This document shows, one piece after another, positions 28,136 through 37,103 of a DNA stretch of 64,000 bases. The DNA is from an uncultured bacterium (GTDB lineage Bacteria; Acidobacteriota; HRBIN11; JAKEFK01). Within the stretch, counting starts at the first letter, position 1; every line of letters begins with the position of its first letter. The stretch is from NCBI GenBank assembly GCA_963777505.1, contig CAVZQN010000004.1:800001-864000 (forward strand), in the 5' to 3' direction. A program made the position numbers and the translations under genes. The notes beneath the pieces are model-generated. The model searched no databases and was not told the DNA's origin. It saw only the letters and a list, made by a program, of their open reading frames with translations.

Positions 28136-28762
28136 TTAATTAAAAACGTATTCGTAACCACTCGCTCCGAGAGGAAAATCTACAATCGAATAAGATAACC
28201 CACATTTTTGAAGTATCCCTGTTACAAAAGAATTGCTGTTCGGACCTTTCTTTGCTCTAAAGTCATATTGAAATTTTGAATTATTAAATTCCTTTGTAAG
28301 GCTTCGCAAACAATCAATTTTGAAACATGGAATATCGTTGTTCCTACTGCATTGAAGGCATCGTTCATCTTCTGCGAGCGAACCATTCAGTCTGACTTGC
28401 CATGAGGCGATCCTGCTGCGCTTTCTTGGATCCGGACCTGCAGTGAATTTGACTGCAATAAGTTCCTCATGCCGGTTATCGCTGGTAATTATGTAGCAAT
28501 GTATGGATGGTATAAGGGCTCCAGTCGGCCGGCAAAAAATATTCAAACTACATTGACCAGGATTACTGAACCATCCAACTGTTCTATTTTTAGGCGCAGA
28601 AATGAAAGTATTTTCAACTTTCATTAACGAAGTTTCGCCCATAAAACGTTCAATTGGACGCTCAAGTATTAAATTGTCTGAACCTGAAACCGCCTGGTCT
28701 TTCGGCGGGATGTATGCGAAAAGGACTAAAATTATTAGAAAGACAACGTAAAGGCCCCTCAC
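28136..28762 (-). CDS. Exported DUF3750-like protein (permuted papain-like fold, Ser in place of Cys)
   Basis: GTG start at 28762 with GAGGGAG RBS; N-terminal hydrophobic helix; HCYI ... GPNSNSFV ... GASG. Confidence 0.5.
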   Translation of the reverse strand: MRGLYVVFLIILVLFAYIPPKDQAVSGSDNLILERPIERFMGETSLMKVENTFISAPKNRTVGWFSNPGQCSLNIFCRPTGALIPSIHCYIITSDNRHEELIAVKFTAGPDPRKRSRIASWQVRLNGSLAEDERCLQCSRNNDIPCFKIDCLRSLTKEFNNSKFQYDFRAKKGPNSNSFVTGILQKCGLSYSIVDFPLGASGYEYVFN

Positions 28763-28960
28763 ATCTACGGCTCCCTCATCGCAATTATACAATTTGTACC
28801 AATTCGAGAAAACTGGAATGAAATGAGACATCCAGTACCTCAAAAAATCAACATCTGTACAGAAAATAACACACATTTGGTTAGCATTTTGTAGGACCCT
28901 TTTGAGGTTTCTGTTGTCTAAGTATAGATAGAAGTAAGATTTACAAGATTATTGCAATAC

Positions 28961-28976
28961 TGGCATCGTCTTTGCT
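28961..28976 (+). promoter_or_regulatory. sigma54 (-24/-12) promoter candidate
   Basis: cTGGCATCGTCTTTGCT, exact GG-N10-GC, 34 nt before ATG 29010. Confidence 0.75.
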
Positions 28977-29009
28977 TAGCTAATAAGCGATTGGAAGTTA
29001 GGAGGCGAA

Positions 29010-29180
29010 ATGAGAAAACGGAAGAAATTGTCTCTAGGTGATTTAATTGCAGCTCTTTTTGAGGAATCTAAGAAAGTGACGACCGATCGACTCGAGCAGA
29101 ACTTGCTTGTTTATGCAGCTTTACGGGATTTATTGCGTACAAAAGTTATTAGCGTACGGCCGATAGCGATCCGGGCATAA
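29010..29180 (+). CDS. Small basic protein (56 aa), paralog 1
   Basis: Not in ORF track; AGGAGG RBS; MRKRKKLSLGDLIAALFEESKKVTTDRLEQNLLVYAALRDLLRTKVISVRPIAIRA; core 25/32 identical to paralog 2 by hand alignment. Confidence 0.88.
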   Translation: MRKRKKLSLGDLIAALFEESKKVTTDRLEQNLLVYAALRDLLRTKVISVRPIAIRA

Positions 29181-29183
29181 TTT

Positions 29184-29274
29184 AGGAATTTTATTCCTTA
29201 TGGTTTATCCCCTCCTGGATAAGAACATGGACGTGGCCGTTCGATCTTGACTGAGGTCGGACGGCCTTTCTTTT
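29184..29274 (+). ncRNA. Candidate 3'-UTR structured RNA/sRNA, copy 1, ending in an intrinsic terminator
   Basis: AGGAAT/ATTCCT hairpin; TTATCC-CCTCCT-GGATAA hairpin; GGCCGTTCG...CGGACGGCC-TTTCTTTT. Confidence 0.55.
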
Positions 29275-29308
29275 AGCAACATTTATACAGTGATACCGAT
29301 AATTTGAA

Positions 29309-29336
29309 TGATCCGAAATGAATTCTGGATCGTACT
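29309..29336 (+). promoter_or_regulatory. ECF sigma promoter candidate (RpoE/ChrR-type motif)
   Basis: TGATCC-N16-CGTACT just upstream of paralog 2. Confidence 0.55.
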
Positions 29337-29361
29337 TAATAAGAAGAATATGGAGAATGCA

Positions 29362-29547
29362 ATGAGAAGCAAAAAACATTCGGTTCGAGTAACAGTTGGT
29401 GAGTTGATTGAAGCATTATTTGATGAAACAAAGAAGGTGACACGGAACCGGATGGAACAAAATCTTCTGGTATATGCAGCCCTCCGTGATCTTGTAAAAG
29501 GACGCAGATTACGTCCTGTTCCAGTTCGTTCAAAATACACGCATTAA
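29362..29547 (+). CDS. Small basic protein (61 aa), paralog 2
   Basis: GGAG RBS; MRSKKHSVRVTVGELIEALFDETKKVTRNRMEQNLLVYAALRDLVKGRRLRPVPVRSKYTH. Confidence 0.88.
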   Translation: MRSKKHSVRVTVGELIEALFDETKKVTRNRMEQNLLVYAALRDLVKGRRLRPVPVRSKYTH

Positions 29548-29552
29548 TTCTG

Positions 29553-29639
29553 AGGCGGAGTGATGCCCGCCTATCCATTCCTGGATAGAATGTTACAATT
29601 CTGAGCCGTTCGCAGATTGCGGACGGCTTTTCTTTTTTT
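29553..29639 (+). ncRNA. Candidate 3'-UTR structured RNA/sRNA, copy 2, ending in an intrinsic terminator
   Basis: AGGCGG/CCGCCT hairpin; CTATCC-ATTCCT-GGATAG hairpin; AGCCGTTCGC...GCGGACGGCT-TTTCTTTTTT. Confidence 0.55.
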
Positions 29640-29667
29640 ACCTCACAGTTTAATATTCAGATCTATC

Positions 29668-31572
29668 ATGAAACCGTTTTACATCACTACGCCCATTTAC
29701 TATGTAAATGGACTGCCTCACATTGGACATATGTTTACGACAATCCTGTCCGATGTGATCGCGCGTTATCATCGATTGCTTGGGGATGATGTTTATTTCT
29801 TAACCGGAACCGATGAGCATGGTGTGAAAGCCGAAAAAGCTGCGCTTGAGCTTGGAATTCCCCCGCGCGAAATGGCAGATCGCATCGCTCTCCCATTTAA
29901 GGATCTTTGGAAGCGGCTCAATATCGACTTCTCTGATTTCATTCGCACAACAGAACCACGCCACTATGAATCGGTAGCCGAACTTTGGAAACGATGCAAA
30001 CAGAATGGCGATATTTATTTAGGTGAATATGAAGGTTGGTATTGCACGTTCGAGGAAGCATTCTGGACAGAAGGTCAACTGGTTGAAGGAAAATGCCCGG
30101 ATTGCGGACGTCCTGCGGAACGAATCAAAGAAGAAAGTTATTTTTTCCGTCTTTCAAAATATCAAGAGCCGCTTTTAAAACACTACCGAGAGCACCCCGA
30201 TTTCATTTTTCCGCGTAAGCGTTTCAATGAAGTTATTAGTTTTGTAGAAAGCGGTTTGCGCGATCTGAGTGTCAGCAGAGTCCGGTTGAAATGGGGAATA
30301 CCAGTTCCTGATGATCCACGTCATGTGATTTATGTCTGGTTTGATGCTTTAACAAACTACATTACAGGCGTTGGATTTCCATCGAATCAGGAAATGTTCA
30401 AACGCTACTGGCCTGCCAAGTTACACATGATTGGCAAAGATATTGTGCGTTTTCATGCTGTATATTGGCCCGCGTTTTTGCTTTCAGGTGGAGTCGAGTT
30501 GCCGAAACAGCTTTTGGTTCATGGCTGGTGGATGAAGGATGATACGAAAATCTCAAAGTCGCGCGGAAATGTAGTCGATCCAGAAACGCTGATCAACACA
30601 TTTGGTGTTGATGGCTCGCGATATTTTTTAACGCGTGAAGCTCCTATTGAATCGGATAGCACTTATGATTTCGATAGTATCTTGAAGCGTGTTAATAGTG
30701 ATCTTGCAAATGATCTTGGGAATCTTGTGAGCCGCTCGCTGACAATGGTTCATCGTTACAATGCAGGTGTAATTCCTGAGGCACAACCTGGCTCAGCTCC
30801 ATTTCAGGCTTCACTTGAAAAAATCATCACTCATTTGGAAACCTCAATTAAAGATTTTGCATTTCCTCGTCTACTTTCAGAAATCTGGGGCGTTGTGAAT
30901 GCGATGAATCGATACATTGTTGATGAACAGCCCTGGACACTTGCGAAGGATCCCACAAAAACTCAAAGCCTGAATAATGTTTTGTATAACACAAGTGAAG
31001 GACTCAGATTGATTGGAGGAATGATTGCTCCGGTCATACCCGCATCAGCCGATGCTTTGTGGAAACAACTGGGTCTAAAAAAAGCAGCATCACACGCAGT
31101 GATGGACGATTTGCGGTGGGGACAGTTGCAGCCAGGTACAAAACTTGAGGAAGTGTCGCCATTGTTCCCAAGAATCGAAATCAAAGGAGAGGAAACGGTG
31201 GAAGATCAACAGCCAAAAACAGAAGAGAAACCAGTAGAACCGGTGCAAGAAAGAATTTCGATTGAAGACTTTTTGAAAACAGGATTGCGTGTTGCGGAAG
31301 TAAAAGCAGCCGAGAAAGTTCAAGGTTCAAAAAAGCTGCTGAAGATCACCGTTGATCTTGGTACTGAAGTGCGAACAGTTGTTGCAGGAATTGCTGATGC
31401 ATATGCACCTGAAGATCTGGTTGGCAAACAAGTCGTGGTTGTAACGAATTTGAAGCCTGCCAAATTAATGGGAATCGAGTCGAATGGAATGATTTTGGCT
31501 GCAACGCTGGATGGCAAACCCGTTTTAGTCTCGATTTCAGCTCCTGTTCCGAATGGAACGACGGTAAGATAG
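29668..31572 (+). CDS. metG: Methionine--tRNA ligase with C-terminal tRNA-binding domain
   Basis: ITTPIYYVN..PHIGH, YVWFDAL, KISKS, OB-fold tail; start re-placed at MKPFY. Confidence 0.97.
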   Translation: MKPFYITTPIYYVNGLPHIGHMFTTILSDVIARYHRLLGDDVYFLTGTDEHGVKAEKAALELGIPPREMADRIALPFKDLWKRLNIDFSDFIRTTEPRHYESVAELWKRCKQNGDIYLGEYEGWYCTFEEAFWTEGQLVEGKCPDCGRPAERIKEESYFFRLSKYQEPLLKHYREHPDFIFPRKRFNEVISFVESGLRDLSVSRVRLKWGIPVPDDPRHVIYVWFDALTNYITGVGFPSNQEMFKRYWPAKLHMIGKDIVRFHAVYWPAFLLSGGVELPKQLLVHGWWMKDDTKISKSRGNVVDPETLINTFGVDGSRYFLTREAPIESDSTYDFDSILKRVNSDLANDLGNLVSRSLTMVHRYNAGVIPEAQPGSAPFQASLEKIITHLETSIKDFAFPRLLSEIWGVVNAMNRYIVDEQPWTLAKDPTKTQSLNNVLYNTSEGLRLIGGMIAPVIPASADALWKQLGLKKAASHAVMDDLRWGQLQPGTKLEEVSPLFPRIEIKGEETVEDQQPKTEEKPVEPVQERISIEDFLKTGLRVAEVKAAEKVQGSKKLLKITVDLGTEVRTVVAGIADAYAPEDLVGKQVVVVTNLKPAKLMGIESNGMILAATLDGKPVLVSISAPVPNGTTVR

Positions 31573-31597
31573 TTCTTTGCGCCTTTGCGGTTGAACA

Positions 31598-32596
31598 TTG
31601 AAATTCTCAGTAGTATTTTCTGATCTCCACTTCGGAGACTCTCGATGCACTCTTCACTCGATGAACACCGCTCGAGTTTTATTCAACAAGTTATCCGAAT
31701 TTAAACCGATTCACGAAATCATTTTGCTAGGCGACATTCTGGATCTTCAGCTTGCAAACTGGGCGCAAGCATTGGAAGGAAGGATCGGTGGAAGAATGGA
31801 AAAACGCGCAGCCGGCTTCCGATATTTTCTGAATGTCTTGTTACGCGAAACCGGCGCTCGCAAGGTTGTGTATGTTCCTGGAAATCATGATTACCGGGTC
31901 TTCGATTACCATTCAGTCGAACGTTATCTCATGGGACCATTGAAGCGCGGGAAAAAATTATCCGGAAAAATTGCTTTCTTCAGGAAATTTCAACGTGGAT
32001 TTCTCCAGGGAATTATTGAAGATGCCGGGGTTTCTCTTCAAATTCTATATCCACATTACAGCATACGGATCGGGAAGAGCAGAGTGATCCTGACTCATGG
32101 ACATCTTTTTGATCCAAGCCAGGCATTCAGTCATGAAGTCGGAAAAGTTTTTCGCAAAAGCGAAAACTTGACTAGAAAAGATGTGCATAAAATTAGAGAA
32201 CAATATTTTCGCCGTGTTTCACTGTATCAAAATGTGATCAGCGGTCTTTCGATGAAGAAAGAATTTCGAAAATGGTTTAGCTCTTTGTATGATCCTCTTT
32301 CAGCATTCAAAGAAAATTGGCATCATCGATCACGAAAATCATTCTTGACGCCGGCGATGCGAAGAAGTATTGAAGCGTATGTGCGATATTGTTGCCGTCC
32401 GGGCAAAGTAGGAGGGCTTATTTTCGGACATACACATAAGCCCGGAAAGGCCACTTTGAATTCCGGACCTGTGCAATATGTATGGAACTCAGGGACATTT
32501 TTGCGTGAATCACCGAATTCACCTACGGGAAGCTTCATTACAATTGAACATTCCAAGAAAACAATTCCTGACGCAGTGCAAGTTCATATTTTGTAA
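31598..32596 (+). CDS. Calcineurin-like metallophosphoesterase
   Basis: SDLHFG, LGD, PGNHD, THGH, FGHTH, NSG. Confidence 0.85.
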   Translation: MKFSVVFSDLHFGDSRCTLHSMNTARVLFNKLSEFKPIHEIILLGDILDLQLANWAQALEGRIGGRMEKRAAGFRYFLNVLLRETGARKVVYVPGNHDYRVFDYHSVERYLMGPLKRGKKLSGKIAFFRKFQRGFLQGIIEDAGVSLQILYPHYSIRIGKSRVILTHGHLFDPSQAFSHEVGKVFRKSENLTRKDVHKIREQYFRRVSLYQNVISGLSMKKEFRKWFSSLYDPLSAFKENWHHRSRKSFLTPAMRRSIEAYVRYCCRPGKVGGLIFGHTHKPGKATLNSGPVQYVWNSGTFLRESPNSPTGSFITIEHSKKTIPDAVQVHIL

Positions 32597-32635
32597 GCCC
32601 GAATTGATTTAACAAAAGCTTAGGTAGCCTTCTAT

Positions 32636-33101
32636 TTGAAGATATCAATACGTCGCAATACAGCGGTCTGTCCCTACTGCAAGCAGTCAGTGACTACTAA
32701 GGGTGAACTCGGTTTTTGTTCTGTATGTCACACAGTGCATCATTCCGAATGTTGGCGGCAACTCAATGCATGCAGCGTGTACGGGTGTGCCGGATCCCTT
32801 GCACAACTGGATGTTAAGGGGCAACGCATTCCGTTCCGACAACATTTGCTTTCATTATTTCCGCTTCTTTCCGTAATTCTTTTCATTTACGGTGGCACTT
32901 ATCTTTTTAGTCGTCTCTTTCCCATGAATTATCTCGGCACATTCATTGTGTATGTTATTCTCACAATGGCGACCTTAATTTTCGTCGCATGGAGAATGAA
33001 TCGAGAGTATGCATGCCCTGCATGCGGCATGGGACTACGTCAAAAAATTGCAGGGCTCTATCTCTGCACTTTGCGGCGTGCGGTTCCAGGGCCGCCTTTG
33101 A
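32636..33101 (+). CDS. Prokaryotic RING-like Zn finger + 2 TM + zinc ribbon protein (probably frameshifted at ~33071)
   Basis: CPYC...CSVC.T.HH.EC.....CSVYGC; TM pair; CPACG; alternate frame gives CGVRFQGRL-stop at 33099-33101. Confidence 0.55.
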
Positions 33102-33109
33102 CAAATGGA

Positions 33110-34531
33110 ATGATGATGCAAAACCCAATGATATTGATCAAGATTACCATCGCGCTAGTTTGCGTTCTGATGAACTCTGGACTCTGGGCTGCTCCGCAGC
33201 ATGAGCGGCCGAATATCATCTTCATTCTCATTGACGACTTGCGATGGGATGAGATGGATTATCCGTTTGTGAAAGTTCCGAACATTCAGCGCATTGCACG
33301 TGATGGAGCGCGATTCACAAATGCTTTCGTAACCACGCCACTTTGTTCGCCCAGCCGTGCTAGCTTTCTTACCGGACAGTATGCGCACAAGCACGGCATT
33401 ACGGATAACACCGATCGCAGTAAGCGGAGCCATGAGCTAATCACGTTCCCGCGTTTGCTTCACGATTCTGGCTATGAGACGGCCTTCATGGGCAAATGGC
33501 ACATGGGTCTTGATGACAACGTAAGGCCAGGGATCGATCATTGGGTCAGTGTAAAAGGGCAGGGCAGTTATATCGATCCTGAGTTCAACGTGAATGGTAA
33601 ACGTGAGAACATCTCCGGATACTTCACCGACATTCTCAACAAGTTCGCTCTTGATTTCTTGAAGCAGAAGCACTCAAAGCCATACTTGCTTTATATTTCG
33701 CACAAAGCAGTGCATCCTGACCTGATTCAAAACGCTGACGGAAGCGTGTCTGATCCGAATGCAGGAAAATTTATCCCTGCCAAAAAATATTCGCAGCTTT
33801 ACGCGGGAGCTACAATTCCGCATCGTCCAAATTATGGAAAAACTCCAGAAGGCAAACCTGCGCTACTCAGATCAATCCCAGGAATGAATCAACTCAGTTC
33901 AAAAACTGTAACGGACGACGAAACGATTCTCAATCGGTTACGAATGCTCGCGTCTGTAGACGAAGGTTTGGGTCAGATTTTGGAGACTCTTGAAACGCAA
34001 GGAGAGTTGGACAACACATTGATCGTGTTTACAAGCGACGAAGGATACTTTTATGGTGAACACGGTCTGAGTGTTGAGCGAAGGTTGGCATACGAAGAGT
34101 CTGCAAGAATTCCGCTATACATTCGCTGGCCAAAGCTCATCAAGTCTGGTACCACAATTAATGAAGTGACTCTCAGTATCGACCTAGCTCCTACTTTATT
34201 AGAAATCAGCGGTGCTCCAGCCGCAAAAAACATGCACGGACGCTCACTCGTTCCACTTTTGCGAGGCGACAAAATTCAATGGCGCAACGCGTTCCTGATC
34301 GAATATTTCTCAGATAAAGTTTTCCCGCGAGTATTAAAAATGGGTTACCAGTGCGTGCGAACGGAGAAATGGAAGTACATCCACTACGTTGACCTCAATG
34401 GAATGGATGAACTATACGATCTCCATGCCGATCCGTTCGAAATGAGGAATGTTATCAGCGATCCTGACTCGCAGTCTGCCTTAAATGAGATGAAAGCTGA
34501 ACTGAAACGCCAGTTACAAGAAACCGATTAA
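33110..34531 (+). CDS. Secreted Cys-type (formylglycine) sulfatase, N-acetylglucosamine-6-sulfatase-like
   Basis: Signal peptide then RPNIIFILIDD, LCSPSRASFLTG, GKWH, HKAVH, ELYDL..DP. Confidence 0.88.
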   Translation: MMMQNPMILIKITIALVCVLMNSGLWAAPQHERPNIIFILIDDLRWDEMDYPFVKVPNIQRIARDGARFTNAFVTTPLCSPSRASFLTGQYAHKHGITDNTDRSKRSHELITFPRLLHDSGYETAFMGKWHMGLDDNVRPGIDHWVSVKGQGSYIDPEFNVNGKRENISGYFTDILNKFALDFLKQKHSKPYLLYISHKAVHPDLIQNADGSVSDPNAGKFIPAKKYSQLYAGATIPHRPNYGKTPEGKPALLRSIPGMNQLSSKTVTDDETILNRLRMLASVDEGLGQILETLETQGELDNTLIVFTSDEGYFYGEHGLSVERRLAYEESARIPLYIRWPKLIKSGTTINEVTLSIDLAPTLLEISGAPAAKNMHGRSLVPLLRGDKIQWRNAFLIEYFSDKVFPRVLKMGYQCVRTEKWKYIHYVDLNGMDELYDLHADPFEMRNVISDPDSQSALNEMKAELKRQLQETD

Positions 34532-34992
34532 TGAAGATGAACGACCTTCGGCTTATGCAAATCAATATTGATGGAACGCCACAAGAGGACGTCGGAATTC
34601 TTTCGCAAGAAGCGAAAGATGTTTGTACTCAAACTGTATCCCTGTATCGTTTAGCTGGGTTTAATCCGCCGTGGGTTGGATATCTTGCGTTGCAAGGGTC
34701 TCAACTAGTCGGCACTTGCGCTTTTACGGGAGCCCCTAAGGACGGTCGTCTTGAGATCGCATATTTCACTTTTCCTGAGTTTGAGGGCCGTGGCATAGCA
34801 ACTTCTATGGCAAGTGAGCTCATCGAGATCGTAATTGCGTCGGGCATTAACGTTCTAGTCTTCGCTCACACGTTGCCGGTTCTCAATGCGTCAAATAGCA
34901 TATTGAAGAAGCTAGGTTTCGTATTCTCTGGCGTTGTAGCCCATTCCGAAGAAGGATCCGTTTGGGAGTGGCAGTTTAGAATAGGTGAATGA
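34531..34992 (+). CDS. GNAT (RimJ/RimL-like) acetyltransferase
   Basis: EIAYFTFPEFEGRGIAT, NAS..IL.KLGF. Confidence 0.85.
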   Translation: MKMNDLRLMQINIDGTPQEDVGILSQEAKDVCTQTVSLYRLAGFNPPWVGYLALQGSQLVGTCAFTGAPKDGRLEIAYFTFPEFEGRGIATSMASELIEIVIASGINVLVFAHTLPVLNASNSILKKLGFVFSGVVAHSEEGSVWEWQFRIGE

Positions 34993-35103
34993 GGTAGCTT
35001 AGCTTTTAGTGTTCCATTCAGCGTTTTGCAATGGAATCGTAACGCTGAGAAAAGCATTTAACAAATTATACTGAAGCATTAGCCAATCGTTCCAGGAGTA
35101 GCG

Positions 35104-35502
35104 ATGAATTGGATCGTAGCCAATATGAAGTGGGTGATGCTGATATGTGGATTACTCACGTTCACGATGGTCTATGCCGCCATTTCTCCGGATGCTTCCT
35201 TGCGTTCAACGTTCGGAGAGACATTGAATGGTCCAGTTGCAGACATTATCGTTCGGAGTTGGGGTGCACTGATTGCCATGGGCGGATTAATGTTGATCTA
35301 CGGAGCGTTCAATTCTTCTTACCGGCCGCTCATTCTGATCTACACCGGACTTGGCAAGTTGATCTTCATCGGCCTTGTTCTCGCTCATGGTACGAAATAC
35401 CTCAGCCATCAGGCCGGCCTCGCCGTTGTTATTGATTCATTGATGATTTTGCTTTTCATCGCGTATCTTTTCGGACTAAGACGCGATTTGAGTTTAAGAT
35501 GA
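35104..35502 (+). CDS. Four-TM hypothetical membrane protein
   Basis: AGGAG RBS; four hydrophobic segments; stop overlaps cyclase start. Confidence 0.75.
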   Translation: MNWIVANMKWVMLICGLLTFTMVYAAISPDASLRSTFGETLNGPVADIIVRSWGALIAMGGLMLIYGAFNSSYRPLILIYTGLGKLIFIGLVLAHGTKYLSHQAGLAVVIDSLMILLFIAYLFGLRRDLSLR

Positions 35503-36242
35503 GTGGTTCAACATCGATGTTTTGCAAGGGTTGTTGGCAACATATGCATGTGCCAATTCCAATTCGTGGAATTCTTTCAATTCCATTTCGCTCAATCGGT
35601 ATCAAAAAAAGTCAGATGAACCCTAATTTATGTACGATTTGCGAAACGAACTTTACTAAAGTAAAAAAGAAAAAACAGGTTGTCATTCCAGCGACCATAT
35701 TGTTTGCTGATTTGCGAGGCTACACAAGCCTTTCTGAAAGAGCGCATGGGACAGAAGTTCTTCCTATGTTGCATAACTTTTATGATGAGTGTGCTTCTGC
35801 AATTTGGGAAAGGGACGGGATTGTCAATAAATTCATCGGAGATGCTGTGCTTGCCATCTTTAATTTTCCAATTATGCGAGAGGATCATGTACGGCAAGCA
35901 GTCTTAGCTGGAATGGAAATACAAAAAAGGTTTGTTGAAAAAAAGAATCTAACGGTTACGACGATCGGTGGAAAGGACGTTTCAATCGGGATTGGAGTTG
36001 GAATTCATACAGGCAATGCTTCCATTGGCGAGGTCGGCACTGCGTACAAAGATTTCACAATCATAGGCCCTGTTGTGAATCTGGCTTCGCGAATTCAAGG
36101 AGCTGCTGAGCTTGGTGAAGTTCTTGTGACCGAAGCCGTTTATCGACAGGTAGAGGACCTTTTTCCGCAGGCTGAAAACCGCCCGTATCAACTGAAAGGA
36201 ATCGAAGAACCCGTTATTGGATATCTGTTACGCTCTAAATAA
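35499..36242 (+). CDS. Class III adenylate/guanylate cyclase with N-terminal CxxC...CxxC module
   Basis: LFADLRGYT, NKFIGDA, GVGIHTG, GPVVNLASR; CKGC and CTIC. Confidence 0.88.
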   Translation: MSGSTSMFCKGCWQHMHVPIPIRGILSIPFRSIGIKKSQMNPNLCTICETNFTKVKKKKQVVIPATILFADLRGYTSLSERAHGTEVLPMLHNFYDECASAIWERDGIVNKFIGDAVLAIFNFPIMREDHVRQAVLAGMEIQKRFVEKKNLTVTTIGGKDVSIGIGVGIHTGNASIGEVGTAYKDFTIIGPVVNLASRIQGAAELGEVLVTEAVYRQVEDLFPQAENRPYQLKGIEEPVIGYLLRSK

Positions 36243-37036
36243 TGCTTAATCTCGAATCCGGAGAGTATCTGGGTGTTGCCAGAAGAAAATATGACGCTGA
36301 AGGTGTGTTGATTAGTGAGGTTGAATATCATCAACGCGTATTTGAAGGATGGCACGATCATAAGAACAAACACCTGACGCTTCTTGTCACCGGAGGAAAT
36401 AAGGAACAGAGAAAGCATGCGGAGTTACGAGCTTACCCGGGTGAGGTTCTTATTTACAATAGCGGAGAGCTGCACCGCAACATCAATACACTTCACCCCT
36501 CTTTGAATATTAATATTGAAATCGAAGATGTTTTCTTCGAAAATTATTCTCTCGCTCCTGGTTTATTCGACAAACTATCGCCTGATCATCCGAATTTGAA
36601 GCTTGCAGTATTGAAAGCGTTTCGAGAGTGTCTTTCAAATGATGCTCAAACCACCATGACCATCCATTCCATTTTGCTTAGCTTGTTGAGTCCCCGAAGA
36701 CAAGAAAGGATGATCAATCAATATCCGCGGTGGGTGCCTCGAGTTAAAGAAATAATTCATGATCGTTGGAACGAAAAACTTTCGCTGAAAGAGCTTTCGC
36801 TGGCTGCAGGTGTTCATCCCGTCACAATTTCGAAAAGCTTTTCCAGATACTTCTTTTGTTCGCCAGGTGAGTACATGCGTCAAGTAAAGATCGAGAAATC
36901 AGTTTGTTTGATCAAGCAAACGCAAATACCCCTAACTGAAATCGCCCATCGCTGTGGCTTTTCTGATCAAAGCCATTTCATCCGAACATTTAAAGCTGTA
37001 ACAGGTTTTCTACCCAAAGAGTTCAGGAATCTGTAA
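36242..37036 (+). CDS. AraC family regulator
   Basis: Cupin-like WHDH; GVHPVTISK, CGFSDQSHFIRTFK. Confidence 0.92.
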   Translation: MLNLESGEYLGVARRKYDAEGVLISEVEYHQRVFEGWHDHKNKHLTLLVTGGNKEQRKHAELRAYPGEVLIYNSGELHRNINTLHPSLNINIEIEDVFFENYSLAPGLFDKLSPDHPNLKLAVLKAFRECLSNDAQTTMTIHSILLSLLSPRRQERMINQYPRWVPRVKEIIHDRWNEKLSLKELSLAAGVHPVTISKSFSRYFFCSPGEYMRQVKIEKSVCLIKQTQIPLTEIAHRCGFSDQSHFIRTFKAVTGFLPKEFRNL

Positions 37037-37103
37037 GCAGGCTAAAATCATTCTATTTTTGGATACGCATCTGTGAAATCTTCGTAAAGGACACGGAGGA
37101 TTC

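Noticed and set aside
32636-34531. 631-aa RING-sulfatase fusion as a real protein
   Set aside because: Internal signal peptide and an out-of-frame second CxxC with its own stop point to two genes joined by an indel
35499-36242. Cyclase as the Pycsar partner of the TIR protein
   Set aside because: 35 kb apart and the cyclase has adenine-type specificity residues
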